In this document: one piece after another, positions 51,895 to 63,643 of the stretch | Layout of the letters: the number at the start of each line of letters is the position of its first letter | Position numbering within the stretch: the stretch's first letter is position 1 | Origin: an uncultured Thermoplasmata archaeon | GTDB taxonomy: Archaea > Thermoplasmatota > Thermoplasmata > Lutacidiplasmatales > UBA184 | DNA length: 64,000 bases | Direction of reading: 5' to 3' | Assembly: GCA_963804525.1 (NCBI GenBank) | Contig: CAWDQO010000005.1 | Coordinates: 543,261 to 607,260 of the forward strand | The notes under the pieces: model-generated | Told to the model about the DNA's origin: nothing | The model's input: the letters and a program-made list of their open reading frames with translations, nothing else | Database searches by the model: none | Position numbers and translations under genes: made by a program

Positions 51895-53034
51895 CTACAG
51901 GACGCCCATCTCGGTGAGCTTCTCGGGAAGGTACGTGTCCGTCACGTAGTTGAGGCCGTACTTGGCGAGCGACTGCTGCTCGGCCTTCTTCCCGTTCTTC
52001 AGCATCAGCTCGATCTCGCTCCGCCACTCGGCGGTCTTGAACCGCGGGTCGGTGAGCTCGGCCTGGAGCGCTCGGACGTCCTGGTCGGAGAGCTTGTCCG
52101 AGGGGAGCTTGTAGTTCTCGATGTCGGAGGCGGTCACGCCGAGGAACTCCGCCTGCGGCGTCGCGAGATACTGGGAAATGTGCGCGGTCTTGATCGCGCC
52201 GTACGCGACGCTCGCGAAGATCCGGAACGACCAGGGGTCGCCGTCGGTGAACACGACCACAGGGAGCTTCAGCTCCTCGTTGAGCCGCTTGAGGAACCGG
52301 CGTGTCGACCGCGCCGGCTGGCCCTTGAGGTGCAACAGGACGGCCCCGTTCTTCTCGTCGAACCCGTTCTCGGCGAGCCGGTCGACCATGCCGCCGCACT
52401 CGATCGCCACGACGAACTTCGCACCGGTCGAGACGAACTCGATCTTCTCCTTCTCGACGTTGAACGGGATCGCGTACCCGCCGTCGCCGACGTCGTCCCG
52501 GCAGTTGATCTTCTTGACGATCCCCTTCCGGTTCGTCTCGCGGATCGTCAGGTCGCCGATCACCGACGCGCCGTTCTCCTCCGGGTGGACCCGGAAGTCC
52601 TCCCGCAGCCGCTCGCAGAGGACCTCGAGGTCCTCGATGAGGAGGTTCGATTCGTCCTCGCTGTGGAACTTCCCCTCCTCCCACCCCTCGCTGATGTAGT
52701 AGAGCTCCCGCAGCGTCGAGGTCTTTCCCTCGCGGGCCATCTCGTTGATGAAATCGACGAGGTAGAACGTCCGAAGGAGCATCAGCGCCCCGTCGAGCTT
52801 CCGCGCGCTGCGGGTCCCGAGCGCGCGCCCGAGCTTCCAGACCCCCTCCCGCAGCTGGAACTGGATGTTCTGCTTCGTCCGGAGCGGCAGCCGCATCCGC
52901 GGGATCTCCCCCGCGTCGAGCTGCTCGTAGATCGACTTGGCGAGGTCGAGCGTCGGCTTCAGGGCGTCGACGCGGACGGCCGTCTCGCCGTCACGCTTCG
53001 TCGTCTTCGACTCCCGCACTCCCTTCCGCGGCAT
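51895..53034 (-). CDS. top6A: DNA topoisomerase VI subunit A
   Basis: [37 protein letters not shown]. Confidence 0.96.
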   Translation of the reverse strand: MPRKGVRESKTTKRDGETAVRVDALKPTLDLAKSIYEQLDAGEIPRMRLPLRTKQNIQFQLREGVWKLGRALGTRSARKLDGALMLLRTFYLVDFINEMAREGKTSTLRELYYISEGWEEGKFHSEDESNLLIEDLEVLCERLREDFRVHPEENGASVIGDLTIRETNRKGIVKKINCRDDVGDGGYAIPFNVEKEKIEFVSTGAKFVVAIECGGMVDRLAENGFDEKNGAVLLHLKGQPARSTRRFLKRLNEELKLPVVVFTDGDPWSFRIFASVAYGAIKTAHISQYLATPQAEFLGVTASDIENYKLPSDKLSDQDVRALQAELTDPRFKTAEWRSEIELMLKNGKKAEQQSLAKYGLNYVTDTYLPEKLTEMGVL

Positions 53035-55009
53035 CGTAGTCCACCTCCCCGTCCTCGGTCCCCGGCAACGGTTCGAGCCCGGCTTCGGCCGCCTCGATGA
53101 CCGCGCGTGGCAGTCGGACGTCCCAGTCGCCGGGGAGCGGTTCGGCCCCGAGGAGGTGGGCCTCGTCGACCCCGGCGATGTACCAGGAGAGGTCGGACGC
53201 CTCGACCTCGGTGCCCTTCGGGAACGTCACCTCGATCGTCGCCTTGCCGCTCGGGGGCAGCTTCTCCAGGGTCCACCACGCCCGCCCGAGCTCGGCGTCC
53301 GTCCCCTCGGGCGGCGGCGCGTAGTGGGCCTTGGGCACGAGCTCCGGTGGCATCTCGACGAACACCTCGAGGACCCGGGCCCTCGGCGTGTAGTTCGTCA
53401 CGTCGGTGCCGGCCCGGATCGTCTCGCCGACCGGTGCGACCGTCGTCTCGACGTTCACGACGTCCATGATCCGGGTGATCACCGGAGTGAGGTCGGGGAC
53501 GGGCTTGTGGACGAGCGAGCTCGTCTTCTCCGCGAGCTTCGGCAGGATCTTCAGGATGATCGCAAACTTCTCGCTCGCCAGGTCGCGGCGGTTCCGGCGC
53601 GAGATGTGGGTCCGGAGGTGGCGCGCCGCCGCCTGGATCGCGAGCGTGACCTCCTTGTCGATCTCGGGGTCCTCCGCGATCGCCTCCTTCGCCTCGCTCG
53701 TGAACGGGATCTTGGTCGAAGCGACGTGGACGAGGAGGAGGCACGGGCCCGTCGGGAGTCCCTGGCCCCCCTTCTGGTCGAGGCCGTACCGCCGCCAATC
53801 GAGGTTCTGGACCGCGTTCGTGACCGCGCACGCCCCCTGCTGGAAGAGCAGCGGCACCCGGTTCGCGAACCGGAGGAGCTGGATCGGCTGGTCGGCGGGG
53901 AGGCCGCCTCCGTAGACCAGACCGACCTCGACGAGGAACGGGAACCCCCCCCGGACCTTCGGCGGCCGGCTGACCGGCGGGGCGTAGAACTCCGGCCGGA
54001 CCTCGCCGAGGACGTTCCGGAGTCCGCGCTTGATGAGCATCGGGCCGATCGGCGAGAGGCATTCGGCCGTCGGTGCCACGAGCGGGACCTCGTGCATGGC
54101 GGTGAGGAGCTTCTCGAGCGGCTCGCCGTGGACGTCCGCCGGTTTCGTCTTTCCGGACAGTCCGGCCCGGTCGAGGATCTCCCGCGCCGCCCGGGGCGAC
54201 ACCCCCGCGAGCTCCTTCTGGAGGAGCTCGAGGATCGTGGGCTTGTTCGACCCCTTCAGCCGATACGCGAGCTCCCCGAGCTCGAGCCCGTACGGGTGCG
54301 GGGCGACTTCCTTCGGGACCGGGGGGACCTCGGTCGAGGCCCGCTCGTAGGTAACCCGCGTCCCGTCCGGCTCGACGAGCGTGAACCGGGCGTGCGGATT
54401 GACGATCGCCGTTCCCTTCAGGTAGTCGAATGGCGACTGCCGCCCCCGCTGGTACTTCGCCTTCAGCAGGAGCTCGATCCGGGTCCCGCTCGGGCGGTCC
54501 CAGAGGACGAGGTCCTCGGAGACGACCCGCGGGAGGTTCTTCTGGGTGTCGATGAGGAGCTCGACGACGTGGGCCGCCTCCTCCTCGGCGACCTTGCTCG
54601 TCACTTTCGCGGGGCGAGCGGTGGTCAGTCCCGCGTAGAGGACCGCCGCGGAGATCCCGATCCCCTGCTGGCCCCGGGACTGCCGGTTGGCGTGGAACCG
54701 GGACCCGTACAGGAGCCGCCCGAAGACGTTGGGGATCTCGCGCTTCAGGATCCCAGGGCCGTTGTCCTCGACGGCGATCCGGAGCCGGTCGGTCCCTTCC
54801 TTGGCGATCTCGACCTTGATGTCCGGGAGGACCTGGGCCTCCTCGCAGGCGTCGAGGCAGTTGTCGACCGCTTCCTTGACGGTGGTGAGCAGCGCCCGGA
54901 GCGGGTTGTCGAACCCGAGGATCTGCCGGTTCCGCTCGAAGAACTCCGCGACGGAGATCTCCCGCTGCTTCGCCGCGAGCTGCTGGGCGAGCGACTTCGC
55001 GGGGGGCAC
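52991..55009 (-). CDS. top6B: DNA topoisomerase VI subunit B
   Basis: [50 protein letters not shown]. Confidence 0.96.
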   Translation of the reverse strand: MPPAKSLAQQLAAKQREISVAEFFERNRQILGFDNPLRALLTTVKEAVDNCLDACEEAQVLPDIKVEIAKEGTDRLRIAVEDNGPGILKREIPNVFGRLLYGSRFHANRQSRGQQGIGISAAVLYAGLTTARPAKVTSKVAEEEAAHVVELLIDTQKNLPRVVSEDLVLWDRPSGTRIELLLKAKYQRGRQSPFDYLKGTAIVNPHARFTLVEPDGTRVTYERASTEVPPVPKEVAPHPYGLELGELAYRLKGSNKPTILELLQKELAGVSPRAAREILDRAGLSGKTKPADVHGEPLEKLLTAMHEVPLVAPTAECLSPIGPMLIKRGLRNVLGEVRPEFYAPPVSRPPKVRGGFPFLVEVGLVYGGGLPADQPIQLLRFANRVPLLFQQGACAVTNAVQNLDWRRYGLDQKGGQGLPTGPCLLLVHVASTKIPFTSEAKEAIAEDPEIDKEVTLAIQAAARHLRTHISRRNRRDLASEKFAIILKILPKLAEKTSSLVHKPVPDLTPVITRIMDVVNVETTVAPVGETIRAGTDVTNYTPRARVLEVFVEMPPELVPKAHYAPPPEGTDAELGRAWWTLEKLPPSGKATIEVTFPKGTEVEASDLSWYIAGVDEAHLLGAEPLPGDWDVRLPRAVIEAAEAGLEPLPGTEDGEVDYDAAEGSAGVEDDEA

Positions 55010-55033
55010 GGGTGCGCGACGATTCGGACCCCG

Positions 55034-55867
55034 CTATAAGTCCGTGGTTCGACTTGCGGCCGACGGGAGAGCGCCGGGGCGTTGCGCGACGTCCCGGAGC
55101 ACCGGACGGAACGGGCGCCACCGGGCCGGCTCTCGCAGGTCGGCGTCGACCGTCACGAGCCGCTCGTCCGGGCCGAGGGCGACGCCCGGGACGGGACGTT
55201 CGGCGAGCGGTTCCCCGCGCGCGTCGTAGCCGCGGGATCCGCCCCCGAAGACGATCCCGTCCTCGACCCCCACGCGATTGACGTAGACCAGGGGAGCCGC
55301 GTTCTCGACCGCCCGGGCGGGGAGAACCTTCTCGAACAGCCGCCGGGAGGTAACGGGCGCGGCGGACACGCAGACGAACAGGTGCGCCCCGTCGAGGGCG
55401 AGCGCGCGGAACACCTCGGGGAAGAACGCGTCGTAGCAGATCGAGAGCCCGACGTTCTCCGACCCGAGCGGTGCGACCACGCTCGTGTCGGTCGGGGAGA
55501 AGACGCTCCCCTCCTCGAACGGCCCGTACGTCGGGAGGTACCGCTTTCCTTGGGCGAACTCGGTGCCGTCCGGGCGAACGAGGAGCACGGAGTTGGAGAC
55601 CTCCCCGTGACGGGGACCCTGGGTGGGGGCGCCGACGACGACGGCACGACCGGACGAGCGGACCGCCTCGCGAAGCGGAGCCAGGCGGACGTCGCCCGCC
55701 CGGAGGGCGAGCCGGTGGAACCGGTCCCCGAGCTTGTACCCGGAGAGGAACAGTTCGGGGAACACGACGAGGGACGCCTTCGTCCCGTGGACCACCTCGG
55801 CCGCGCGGGCGACGTTCTTTTCGAGGTCCCCCGCGACGGGAGCGAGCTCCGCGAGCGCGATCTCCAT
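55034..55867 (-). CDS. Carbon-nitrogen hydrolase (nitrilase family)
   Basis: E-K-C triad: FPEL, KRYLP, ICYD; ARAVEN. Confidence 0.9.
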   Translation of the reverse strand: MEIALAELAPVAGDLEKNVARAAEVVHGTKASLVVFPELFLSGYKLGDRFHRLALRAGDVRLAPLREAVRSSGRAVVVGAPTQGPRHGEVSNSVLLVRPDGTEFAQGKRYLPTYGPFEEGSVFSPTDTSVVAPLGSENVGLSICYDAFFPEVFRALALDGAHLFVCVSAAPVTSRRLFEKVLPARAVENAAPLVYVNRVGVEDGIVFGGGSRGYDARGEPLAERPVPGVALGPDERLVTVDADLREPARWRPFRPVLRDVAQRPGALPSAASRTTDL

Positions 55868-56319
55868 CAGAAGAAGTGGTGCCGGACGGCGAGGAGGTAA
55901 ACGAACAGGACGAGAAACACGAGGAAGATCACCGTGATCGTCGAAGTGAAGAACAGATACCCGAGCCCGAGGAACAACACGACGACGGTCGTGTAGAGCG
56001 CCCACGCCTCCTGGTTCCAGAGGGCGCTCGCGACGCCGACGAGCACGGCGCCGAGGAGCACGAGGATCGCCGCGCCCACGACGTCGACCTGGTGGACGAT
56101 GAGCAGTTGGGTCGGGATCGCGGCGCCGAGGTACTCGTTCAGGAGGAAGAGGATCCCGCTGACCAGGACGACGAGCCCGAGCAACGCGATGAGCACCGCG
56201 AGGACCGCGACCCCGAGCGGAAGGGAGGGCCGAACGGCGGTCGGCTCCCACTGGGGGGGCAGGTGCTGCACCTCGGGCGCGCCGCTCGAAGCGGCCGCCG
56301 GTCGAGCCGTGGTCGGCAT
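55867..56319 (-). CDS. Small membrane protein
   Basis: Four hydrophobic helices; stop overlaps the next start. Confidence 0.75.
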   Translation of the reverse strand: MPTTARPAAASSGAPEVQHLPPQWEPTAVRPSLPLGVAVLAVLIALLGLVVLVSGILFLLNEYLGAAIPTQLLIVHQVDVVGAAILVLLGAVLVGVASALWNQEAWALYTTVVVLFLGLGYLFFTSTITVIFLVFLVLFVYLLAVRHHFF

Positions 56320-56443
56320 CGGAACGCTCGCGACGACGACCCCGCGGTCGAGACAAGTAGCTTTCGTTCGAGGTGCCCGCGCGCGCGGTGTCCACGCCGA
56401 CGCCCCGGAACCCGGAGACCCTTGGGCTCGCGAATCCGGCGGG

Positions 56444-57504
56444 TCAGAACCGGCGCTCGGCCGCGCCCCACGCCATGTGTTCGAGGAGGATCCGGAACGG
56501 GGACGGCGGGAGCGTCTCGAGCGACCGGGTCGCCCGCTCGGCCCACTGTCGGGCCGCGTCGGCGACCCGCCCGGAGGCGCCGCTCGCGTCCACGAGCGCG
56601 CGGAGCCTCAGGAGGTCGCCGGGGGACTTCCGGCGGAGCCCGAACAACCGCTCGAACTCGGCCCGACGGGTCCCGTCGAGCGACTCGTACGTCTCGAGGC
56701 TGACGAGCGTCGGGTTCCCCTCCCGGAAGTCGCCGTAGAGCGGCTTGCCGAGGATGTCGGAGTCGCCGTAGACATCGAGGAGGTCGTCGCGGATCTGGAA
56801 CGCGATCCCGAGCGAGCGGCCGTAGCCGGACGCGGCGTCCTGGACGGGGGTCGGAGCGCCCTGGATCTCGGCCACCGAGCCGAGCGCGGCGGCCACGATC
56901 GCGGCGGTCTTCCGCTCGACGACCCGGAAGTAGTGCTCCCGGCCCGCCGTGAGGTCGAAGCGGCCGCTCTCCTGGAGGACCTCCCCCTCGACGAGGTCGG
57001 CGCACGCCTCGCCGCACCGCATGATGATCGACCGCGGGTACTCCGAGGCGAGCTCGAACGCGCGGACGAACAGGTAGTCGCCGGAGACGATGGCGAGCGG
57101 CAGTCCGAACGCCTGCGGGAGCGAGGGCCGGCCCCGCCGCATCTCGGCGTGGTCGATCACGTCGTCGTGGACGAGCGTGGCGGTATGGATCAGCTGGAAG
57201 GCGGCCGCGAGGGAGTGGATCGGGCCCGTGTCGTTCGCGCCGAGCGCCCGGTGGAGCGCCGCCATCAGGACGGGGCGGACCCGCTTCCCCCGGCGCTGCA
57301 GGCGTACTTCGCCGCGTCGGTGAGCCGGGGGTACGTCGCCCCGAGGACGTCCTGCATCCGCCGGTCGATGTCGGCAAGGTCGCGGACGAGGAGCGGGAGG
57401 AGCTCGGTGAGCCGGGCGGTGAGGTCCTCCCCGATCGTCTGGCTCACGAGGACGTCGAGCGGAAGGTCGGCCGGCTCGGCGGACGGCGGCGCGGGAGACG
57501 TCAC
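56444..57504 (-). CDS. Polyprenyl diphosphate synthase, long-chain type (frameshift near 57290)
   Basis: AGGKRVRP (across the shift), HTATLVHDDVID..MRRG, GDYL, KTA, FQIRDDLLD, GK..D.EG. Confidence 0.9.
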
Positions 57505-58610
57505 GAGGCTCCCCCCAACCGGCGCGGACGCTTCATCCGCATCATCGCATCGAGACCGTCCGCCCCGATATAGCGCATGCCGAGGGCCAGGAGCCAATCG
57601 CGTTCCACGAACCGGTCGCCGAATTCCTTCAGCCGGAACCCGCGTCTTAAGGGCTCGTAGAGGTGCCGCTGCCACAACCGGTCGTACTCGGTGAGCGGCG
57701 CCCCCGTCCGAATGTGGTCGGCGGCGGCGGCCCCCGCGTCGCGCCCCGAGACCATCGCGGTCGGGATACCGCCCCCGTTCGTGGCCATGACGAGGTTGGC
57801 GGCGTCGCCCGCGAAGAGCGCCCGCCCGCGGACCGCGGACCGGGGCGGCGGACCGAGCGGGACCCACCAGCGGGTCCGGTCGGTCCCGGCCGGCCATCCC
57901 GCCTCGACGAGGAACCGGTCGAGGAGCCCGGAGAGCGTCGCTCCGGGCGGGAGGTGGTGGACCCCGACCCCGACGTTCGCGTCGTGGGCGCGGGGGATCA
58001 TCCAGGCATAGCCGCCGGGGGCGACCGAACCGAAGTAGAGGTCGATCTCCGGCGGGAACTCCCCGGTCGACGTCGCGGTGATCATCCGATACATCTCGCG
58101 CGGGACCGAGAACCCGACCGAGCGGGCGACGGTCGAAAGGGGGCCGTCGGCGCCGATGACGACCTTCGCCGCGACCTTCCCGCCGCCGACGAACTCGACG
58201 GCGTCGTCGGTCACGCGGGAGACCCCGCAGGGGAACCGGAGCTCGGCACCGGCCCCCTCGGCCCGGGCCGCGAGCGCCTTGTCGAACGCGCGGCGCGAGA
58301 CCGTCGCTCCTCGGAGGGGAAACGCGAACCGGCGGCCGCCCGGCGCGATGCACGCCATCGTCGTCGTCTCGCGGAGGACCGTCTCTGGCGGGACCTCGAA
58401 CGCCTCCCGGATCACGTCGGGGAACGGGAAGATCGTCGCGAGCTCCTCGGGCGACGGGACGTACTCCCCGCACTGGACCGGCTCGCCGAGCTCGGTCCGC
58501 CGGTCGACGAGGAGCGTCCGGGCGCCTCCCGCCGAGGCGAACCGGGCGGCGACGCTGCCGGCCGGACCCGCGCCGACGACGACGACGTCGAACGTCTCCA
58601 CGGACGTCAC
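57501..58610 (-). CDS. Geranylgeranyl reductase family FAD oxidoreductase
   Basis: DVVVVGAGPAGS, CGE, R..FD, IGADG, PGGYAWMIP, GDAA...NGGGI. Confidence 0.9.
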   Translation of the reverse strand: MTSVETFDVVVVGAGPAGSVAARFASAGGARTLLVDRRTELGEPVQCGEYVPSPEELATIFPFPDVIREAFEVPPETVLRETTTMACIAPGGRRFAFPLRGATVSRRAFDKALAARAEGAGAELRFPCGVSRVTDDAVEFVGGGKVAAKVVIGADGPLSTVARSVGFSVPREMYRMITATSTGEFPPEIDLYFGSVAPGGYAWMIPRAHDANVGVGVHHLPPGATLSGLLDRFLVEAGWPAGTDRTRWWVPLGPPPRSAVRGRALFAGDAANLVMATNGGGIPTAMVSGRDAGAAAADHIRTGAPLTEYDRLWQRHLYEPLRRGFRLKEFGDRFVERDWLLALGMRYIGADGLDAMMRMKRPRRLGGAS

Positions 58611-60161
58611 GCCCCGACTTGCAGGAAGTGCACGGCCGCCGACTGGAATCCGTTCAGGACGAGCCCGGGGTCGATGCCGAACGCCACGATGGCGAGGACG
58701 GCGAGCGCGATCGCGGCCGACCGGCCGAAGCCGATCGGCGCCTCGAGCCGCGTGTTGGCGGGGTCGTCGGGCGGAGGGGGGTCGAGATAGATCGTCTTCA
58801 GGACGCGGGCGTAGTAGAACACCGAGAGCGCGCTGTTGAGGAGCCCGGCGACGGCCAGCCAGACGAACCATCCCTCGGCCTGGACGGCGGCGGAGAACAG
58901 GACGAACTTCGAGACGAACCCGATGGTCAGCGGGATCCCGGCGAGGCTGAGGAGCATCACCGCGAACGCGAACATGAGCCACGGGCGCCGCGTCGCGAGC
59001 CCCCGCCAATCGTCGACCCGCGGGCCGACCCCGAGTCCGAGGACCGCCGCGACGACGAGGAACGCGCCCGCCTTCATGAACACGTGCGCGAACACCTGGA
59101 GGGTCGCACCCGCGAGCGCGGGGGCGGTACCGACGACGACGCCGATCAGCATGTAGCCGGCCTGGCTGATCGAGGAGTACGCGAGGAGCCGCTTGACCTC
59201 CTTCTGCTGGAGGGCGAGGAGGTTCCCCACGGTCATCGTGAGCACCGCGACCACGCCGAGGGCGAGCTCGATGTCCGGCCGGAGGGTGATGGTCGCGCAG
59301 TGGCCGCCCGCGCACCACTGCCCGAGGACCGGGGCGAAGACGACCGGTCCGACGAACACGAGGAAGAACGCGAACACCCCGATCTTCTTCGAGCCGCCGG
59401 CAAGGAACGCCGAGACGTCGTCCGGCGCGCCGTCGTACACATCGACCGCCCACGCGTGGAACGGAACGAGCGTGAGCTTGAACCCGAGGCCGGCGATCAG
59501 GAGCGCGTAGCCGGCGAGGGCGAGCGCCGGGTACCCGACGACCCGGGTCCCGGTCTCCAGGGTCGCGAATCCGGTCCCCCCGGTACGCCCCGAAGAGGAG
59601 CGAGGCGCCGAAGAACGAGAGCGCGGAGGAAAGGGCGCCGACGATGTAGAACTTCATCGCCGCCTCGAGGCTCCGGGCGTCCTTTCGGGTGTAACCGACG
59701 AGGAGGTACGTCGCGATGCCGGTGACCTCGACCGCGAGGAGGAGGAAGATCAGGTCGGCCGCGACGGCGGCGAGGAGCATCCCGACGGTGGCCATCAGGA
59801 GGAGACCGAAGAACACGGCCGCCCCCTTCTCGTCGCTCGGACGGGAGAGCGAGGCGAGGGAGACGAGGAGGGCGCTCGTCAGGAAGATCGCCTGGAAGAT
59901 CAGGCCGAGGCTCGTCACCGAATAGAGCGCGGTCCCGAGGGGCGCGTCGACCGCCGAGGCCGGGATGGTCCGGAGGATCGCGAGCGGCGCGTACCCGAGG
60001 TCGGCCACGACGGCCAGGAGCGCGAGCGACGTCGCCGAGACCGCGATCGCGCCGTACGCCTCGAGCTGCCGGACGCCGAGGACGTCGAGCAGGAACACGA
60101 GGAGCGCGGCCCCGAGCACGATGACGACGGGGGCGAACGTGGCGAGGAAGGTGGTGTCCAT
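58607..60161 (-). CDS. nuoN: NADH-quinone oxidoreductase subunit N (frameshift near 59580)
   Basis: SLEAAMKFY, FKL..VPFHAW..DVYDGAP, KRLLAYSSISQAGY, SLAGIP...GF.SK. Confidence 0.92.
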
Positions 60162-60174
60162 CCGACCGACCCTC

Positions 60175-61653
60175 CTACGGGAGCCCCGGGAAGCCGTAGA
60201 CCGGCGAGTTCACGATCACGTGGACGAGGAAGCCGGGAAGGATCCCGTACACGACGGTGAGCGCCACGAGCATCCCCATCCCGGCCGCCTCGAACCAGGG
60301 GATGTCGTGCGCGTGCTCCGGGATCGACCGCTTCGGGCCGAAGAGGACCCGCTGCATCATCCACAGGTAGAACGCGGCGGTCACGACGAGCAGGATCAAT
60401 GGGACGAGCACCCAGTACCCGATCCGGTCCCACGTCGCGAGGAGCGCCGTGAACTCCGCGGGGAAGCTGATCAGCGCCGGGAGCCCGAGGGAGGCGAGCG
60501 ACCCGACCATCAGCATCGTCGCGAGGACGGGCGTCACCGGGGTGATCCCGCCGAGCTTCGAGATGTCGCGCGTCCCGAACGTGTGGTGGACGCTTCCGGA
60601 CGCCATGAACAGGAGGGCGCTCACGACCCCGTGGGCGAACATCAGCAGCACGGCCGCGAGGAGCCCGAGCTGGGAGTAGACGGCGATCGCGAGGAGCACG
60701 ATCCCCATGTGGTTGATCGACGAGTACGCGACGAGCCGCTTCAGGTCCCGTTGCGCGAGGGCCACGACCGACCCCCAGATGATCATGGAGAACGCGAGGA
60801 CGTAGAGGAGCCAGGTCAGGTGGCTCATCCCGACCGGGAGGATCTCGACCGCCCACCGGATGAGCCCGTACCCCCCGAGCTTCAGGAGGAGTCCGGCAAG
60901 GAGGACCGAGGCCCCGGTGGGCGCCTCGACGTGGGCGTCCGGCAGCCACGTGTGGAACGGCACGATCGGGAACTTCACCCCGAACCCGAAGAGGAGCGCG
61001 AGGAACAGGAACACCTGGACCGTCGCCGAGAGCCCGTGCGCGGCGACGTAGATCGAGGAGAAGTCGAACGAGGTCGCGCCCGAGTAGAACACGAGCGCGA
61101 GCAGGCCGACGAGCATCACGATCGAGGCGACGTGGGTATAGACGAAGAACTTCAGCGCGGCGTACCGACGCCGGGGCCCGCCCCAGAACCCGATGAGGAA
61201 GAACATCGGGATCAGGACCGCTTCCCAGAACAGGAAGAACAGCAGGACGTCGAGGGCGATGAACACCCCGAAGCAGCCGAGGCAGGTCAGGAGCATGAGG
61301 CCGAAGTACGCGGCCGGCTGGTTCGTCTCCCCCCACGAGTAGACGACCGTCGCGACCTGGAGGAACGCGGTCAGGAGGATCATGACGAGCGAGATCCCGT
61401 CGACGCCGACCGTGTAGTTGATCGTCAGCCAGGACAGGTGGATCCACGGGTACGACTCGACGTCGGCGTAGCCGGGGCTGCCGCCGCTCGGCCCCGGCCA
61501 GGCGGTGTACGAGCCGAGGAGCGCCGCGACCTCGAGGAGGAAGAGGACCGACGTCCCGAGCGCGACCCAGCGGGCCCGCTCCTTCGCGAGGAACGTCAGG
61601 ACCGTTCCGCCCACGAGGGTCAGGAGCATCAGCGAGAGGACGGGGAGCGTCAC
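60175..61653 (-). CDS. nuoM: NADH-quinone oxidoreductase subunit M
   Basis: GVDGIS, FWE..LIPMFFLIG.WG, PFHTWLPDAHVEAP, KLGGYG, KRLVAYSSINHMG. Confidence 0.95.
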   Translation of the reverse strand: MTLPVLSLMLLTLVGGTVLTFLAKERARWVALGTSVLFLLEVAALLGSYTAWPGPSGGSPGYADVESYPWIHLSWLTINYTVGVDGISLVMILLTAFLQVATVVYSWGETNQPAAYFGLMLLTCLGCFGVFIALDVLLFFLFWEAVLIPMFFLIGFWGGPRRRYAALKFFVYTHVASIVMLVGLLALVFYSGATSFDFSSIYVAAHGLSATVQVFLFLALLFGFGVKFPIVPFHTWLPDAHVEAPTGASVLLAGLLLKLGGYGLIRWAVEILPVGMSHLTWLLYVLAFSMIIWGSVVALAQRDLKRLVAYSSINHMGIVLLAIAVYSQLGLLAAVLLMFAHGVVSALLFMASGSVHHTFGTRDISKLGGITPVTPVLATMLMVGSLASLGLPALISFPAEFTALLATWDRIGYWVLVPLILLVVTAAFYLWMMQRVLFGPKRSIPEHAHDIPWFEAAGMGMLVALTVVYGILPGFLVHVIVNSPVYGFPGLP

Positions 61654-61654
61654 G

Positions 61655-63643
61655 TCAGGGACCTCCCACCGAGGCGAGCAGGAGCGGGGCGACGAACAGC
61701 AGGAGGACGAGGAGGCCGATCACGCCGAGGACGACGTAGCTCGCGTAGTCGGAGACGAGCCCGCTCTGGCCTCGCCGCATGGAATTCGAGACCGAGGTAC
61801 CGAGCCGCTCGAACCCGTGGATCGTCCCGTCGATGACGTACCGCTCGACGAAGTCGGCAACCCGGCTCCCGCCGTAGACGAGCCGGAGCCCGACCCAGTC
61901 GTAGAAGTCCTTGACGTAGTAGCGGTTCAGGAGGACGGTCCGGATCGACTGGAGCGGGGAGTCGGCCGGGAGGACGAACACGCGCCCGTTCCCCCACAGG
62001 ACCGTGGCGACGCCGATCCCGGCGAGGCCGAGGCCGACCGAGAGCGCGGACAGCACGACCTCGGTGAGGCCGTACGTCGGGGGACCCCGGCGCCGAGCGA
62101 GAAGAGCGAGGCGAACGACGGGACGAACGCGAACAGCCCCGCGACGACCGCGAGCCCCGAGAGGACGTAGAGCGGGACCTGCATCGTCCACGGCCCCTCG
62201 TGGGCGTGGGGGAGCGCCGGGTCCCGCGTCTGGGTTCCGCCGAACGCGAGGTACCAGGCCCGGAAGATGTAGTACGCCGTCAGGAACACCGTCGCGTACG
62301 CGAGGACGAGGAACGGCCAGTACGCGGGATTGGACTGGGCCGCCGAATAGACGGACGCGAGGATGTCGTCCTTCGACCAGAACCCGGCGAACGGGAAGAT
62401 CCCGGAGAGCGAGAGCGCGCCGACCAGGAACGCCGCCGACGTGACCTGCATCGACTTGCGGAGCCCGCCCATCTTGAACAGGTCCTGGGTTCCGACGGCG
62501 TGGATGACCGAGCCCGCGGCGAGGAACAGGAGCGCCTTGAAGAACGCGTGCGTGAACAGATGGAACATCCCGGCCATCGCGAACCCCGCGCCGACGCCGA
62601 GGACCATGTAGCCGAGCTGGCTGATCGTCGAGTACGCGATCACCCGCTTGATGTCCGGGTGCACGACGGCCATCGTCGCGGCGAAGAACGTCGTGAAGCC
62701 GCCGACCGCGACGATCGCGAGCCGGTCGGCGGGCGTGAACCCGAGGAACAGCGAGGCGACGACGAGGAGGTAGACCCCGGCCGCGACCATCGTCGCGGCG
62801 TGGATGAGCGCGCTGACGGTCGTCGGGCCCTCCATCGCGTCGGGGAGCCAGGCGTGGAGCGGGAACTGGGCGGACTTCCCGGCCGCCCCGGCGAGCATCG
62901 AGGAGGCCGGCGACGGTGAGGAGCGGGGTGTTCGCTCCCATCGCGCTCGCGAGGAACGGGCTCGACCCGCGGACGAAGAGGAACCCGCTCGCGGCCCAAC
63001 CGGCGCCGCCGCCGCTCGTCGCGTAGACGCTGAAATAAATGAAGATCCCAAGGAGGAACAGCACGTCGCCGACCCGCGTGACGAGGAACGCCTCCTTCGC
63101 CGCGGAGGCGGCGCTCGGCTTCTCGTAGTAGAATCCGATCAGGAAGTACGAGCAGACGCCGACGAGCTCCCAGAACAGGAAGAACTCAAGCAGGTTGTCG
63201 GCGAGGACCAGCCCTGTCATCGCCGCGAGGAAGAGCGAGAGCTCGGCGTAGTACCGGGGGAGCCCCCGGTCCTCGTGCATGTAGCCGATCGAGTAGAGGA
63301 GGACGAGGAACCCGACGACGGTCACCACGAGGAGCATCAGCGCCGAGATCGGGTCGACGAGGACCCCGATGACGAGGGAGAACCCGTTCGGGAACGTCCC
63401 CGGAGCGCCGGGGAGCGAGAGCCACGTGAAGTTCGCGTCGGAGTAGTGGCCGGGGTTGAGCATCTCGGCCGCGGCGACGAGGACGCCCACGACCATCGCG
63501 GCCCCGCCGAAGGCGACGGCGACCCAGCCGCCGTACTCGAGCTTCTTCAGCTTCGTGCCGAGGAGCCCGACGAGGACGAACGACACCGCCATCAGGGTCG
63601 GGACGAGCCAGGCGACCGAGAAGGCGAAATCCAGCGTTCCGAT
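61655..63643 (-). CDS. nuoL: NADH-quinone oxidoreductase subunit L (compensating frameshifts near 62900 and 62085; start uncertain)
   Basis: YSIGYM, FWELVG..SYFLIGF, KSAQFPLHAWLPDAMEGPTTVSALIHAATMV, HAFFKALLFL. Confidence 0.93.
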   Translation of the reverse strand: MGTLDFAFSVAWLVPTLMAVSFVLVGLLGTKLKKLEYGGWVAVAFGGAAMVVGVLVAAAEMLNPGHYSDANFTWLSLPGAPGTFPNGFSLVIGVLVDPISALMLLVVTVVGFLVLLYSIGYMHEDRGLPRYYAELSLFLAAMTGLVLADNLLEFFLFWELVGVCSYFLIGFYYEKPSAASAAKEAFLVTRVGDVLFLLGIFIYFSVYATSGGGAGWAASGFLFVRGSSPFLASAMGANTPLLTVAGLLDARRGGREVRPVPAPRLAPRRDGGPDDRQRAHPRRDDGRGRGLPPRRRLAVPRVHARRPARDRRGRRLHDVLRRDDGRRAPGHQAGDRVLDDQPARLHGPRRRRGVRDGRDVPSVHARVLQGAPVPRRGLGHPRRRNPGPVQDGRAPQVDAGHVGGVPGRRALALRDLPVRRVLVEGRHPRVRLFGGPVQSRVLAVPRPRVRDGVPDGVLHLPGLVPRVRRNPDAGPGAPPRPRGAVDDAGPALRPLGARGRRGAVRVRPVVRLALLARRRGPPTYGLTEVVLSALSVGLGLAGIGVATVLWGNGRVFVLPADSPLQSIRTVLLNRYYVKDFYDWVGLRLVYGGSRVADFVERYVIDGTIHGFERLGTSVSNSMRRGQSGLVSDYASYVVLGVIGLLVLLLFVAPLLLASVGGP

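Noticed and set aside
57501..60161. Apparent NuoN-geranylgeranyl reductase fusion
   Set aside because: A frameshift in a C-run near 59580; the true NuoN C-terminus is in another frame and ends at 58607.
601..63643. Many frameshifted genes as programmed frameshifting, phase variation or pseudogenisation
   Set aside because: They hit essential genes (tiaS, coaBC, nuoL, nuoN) as well as surface genes, often at short G/C runs and without other decay. This fits uncorrected long-read indels.
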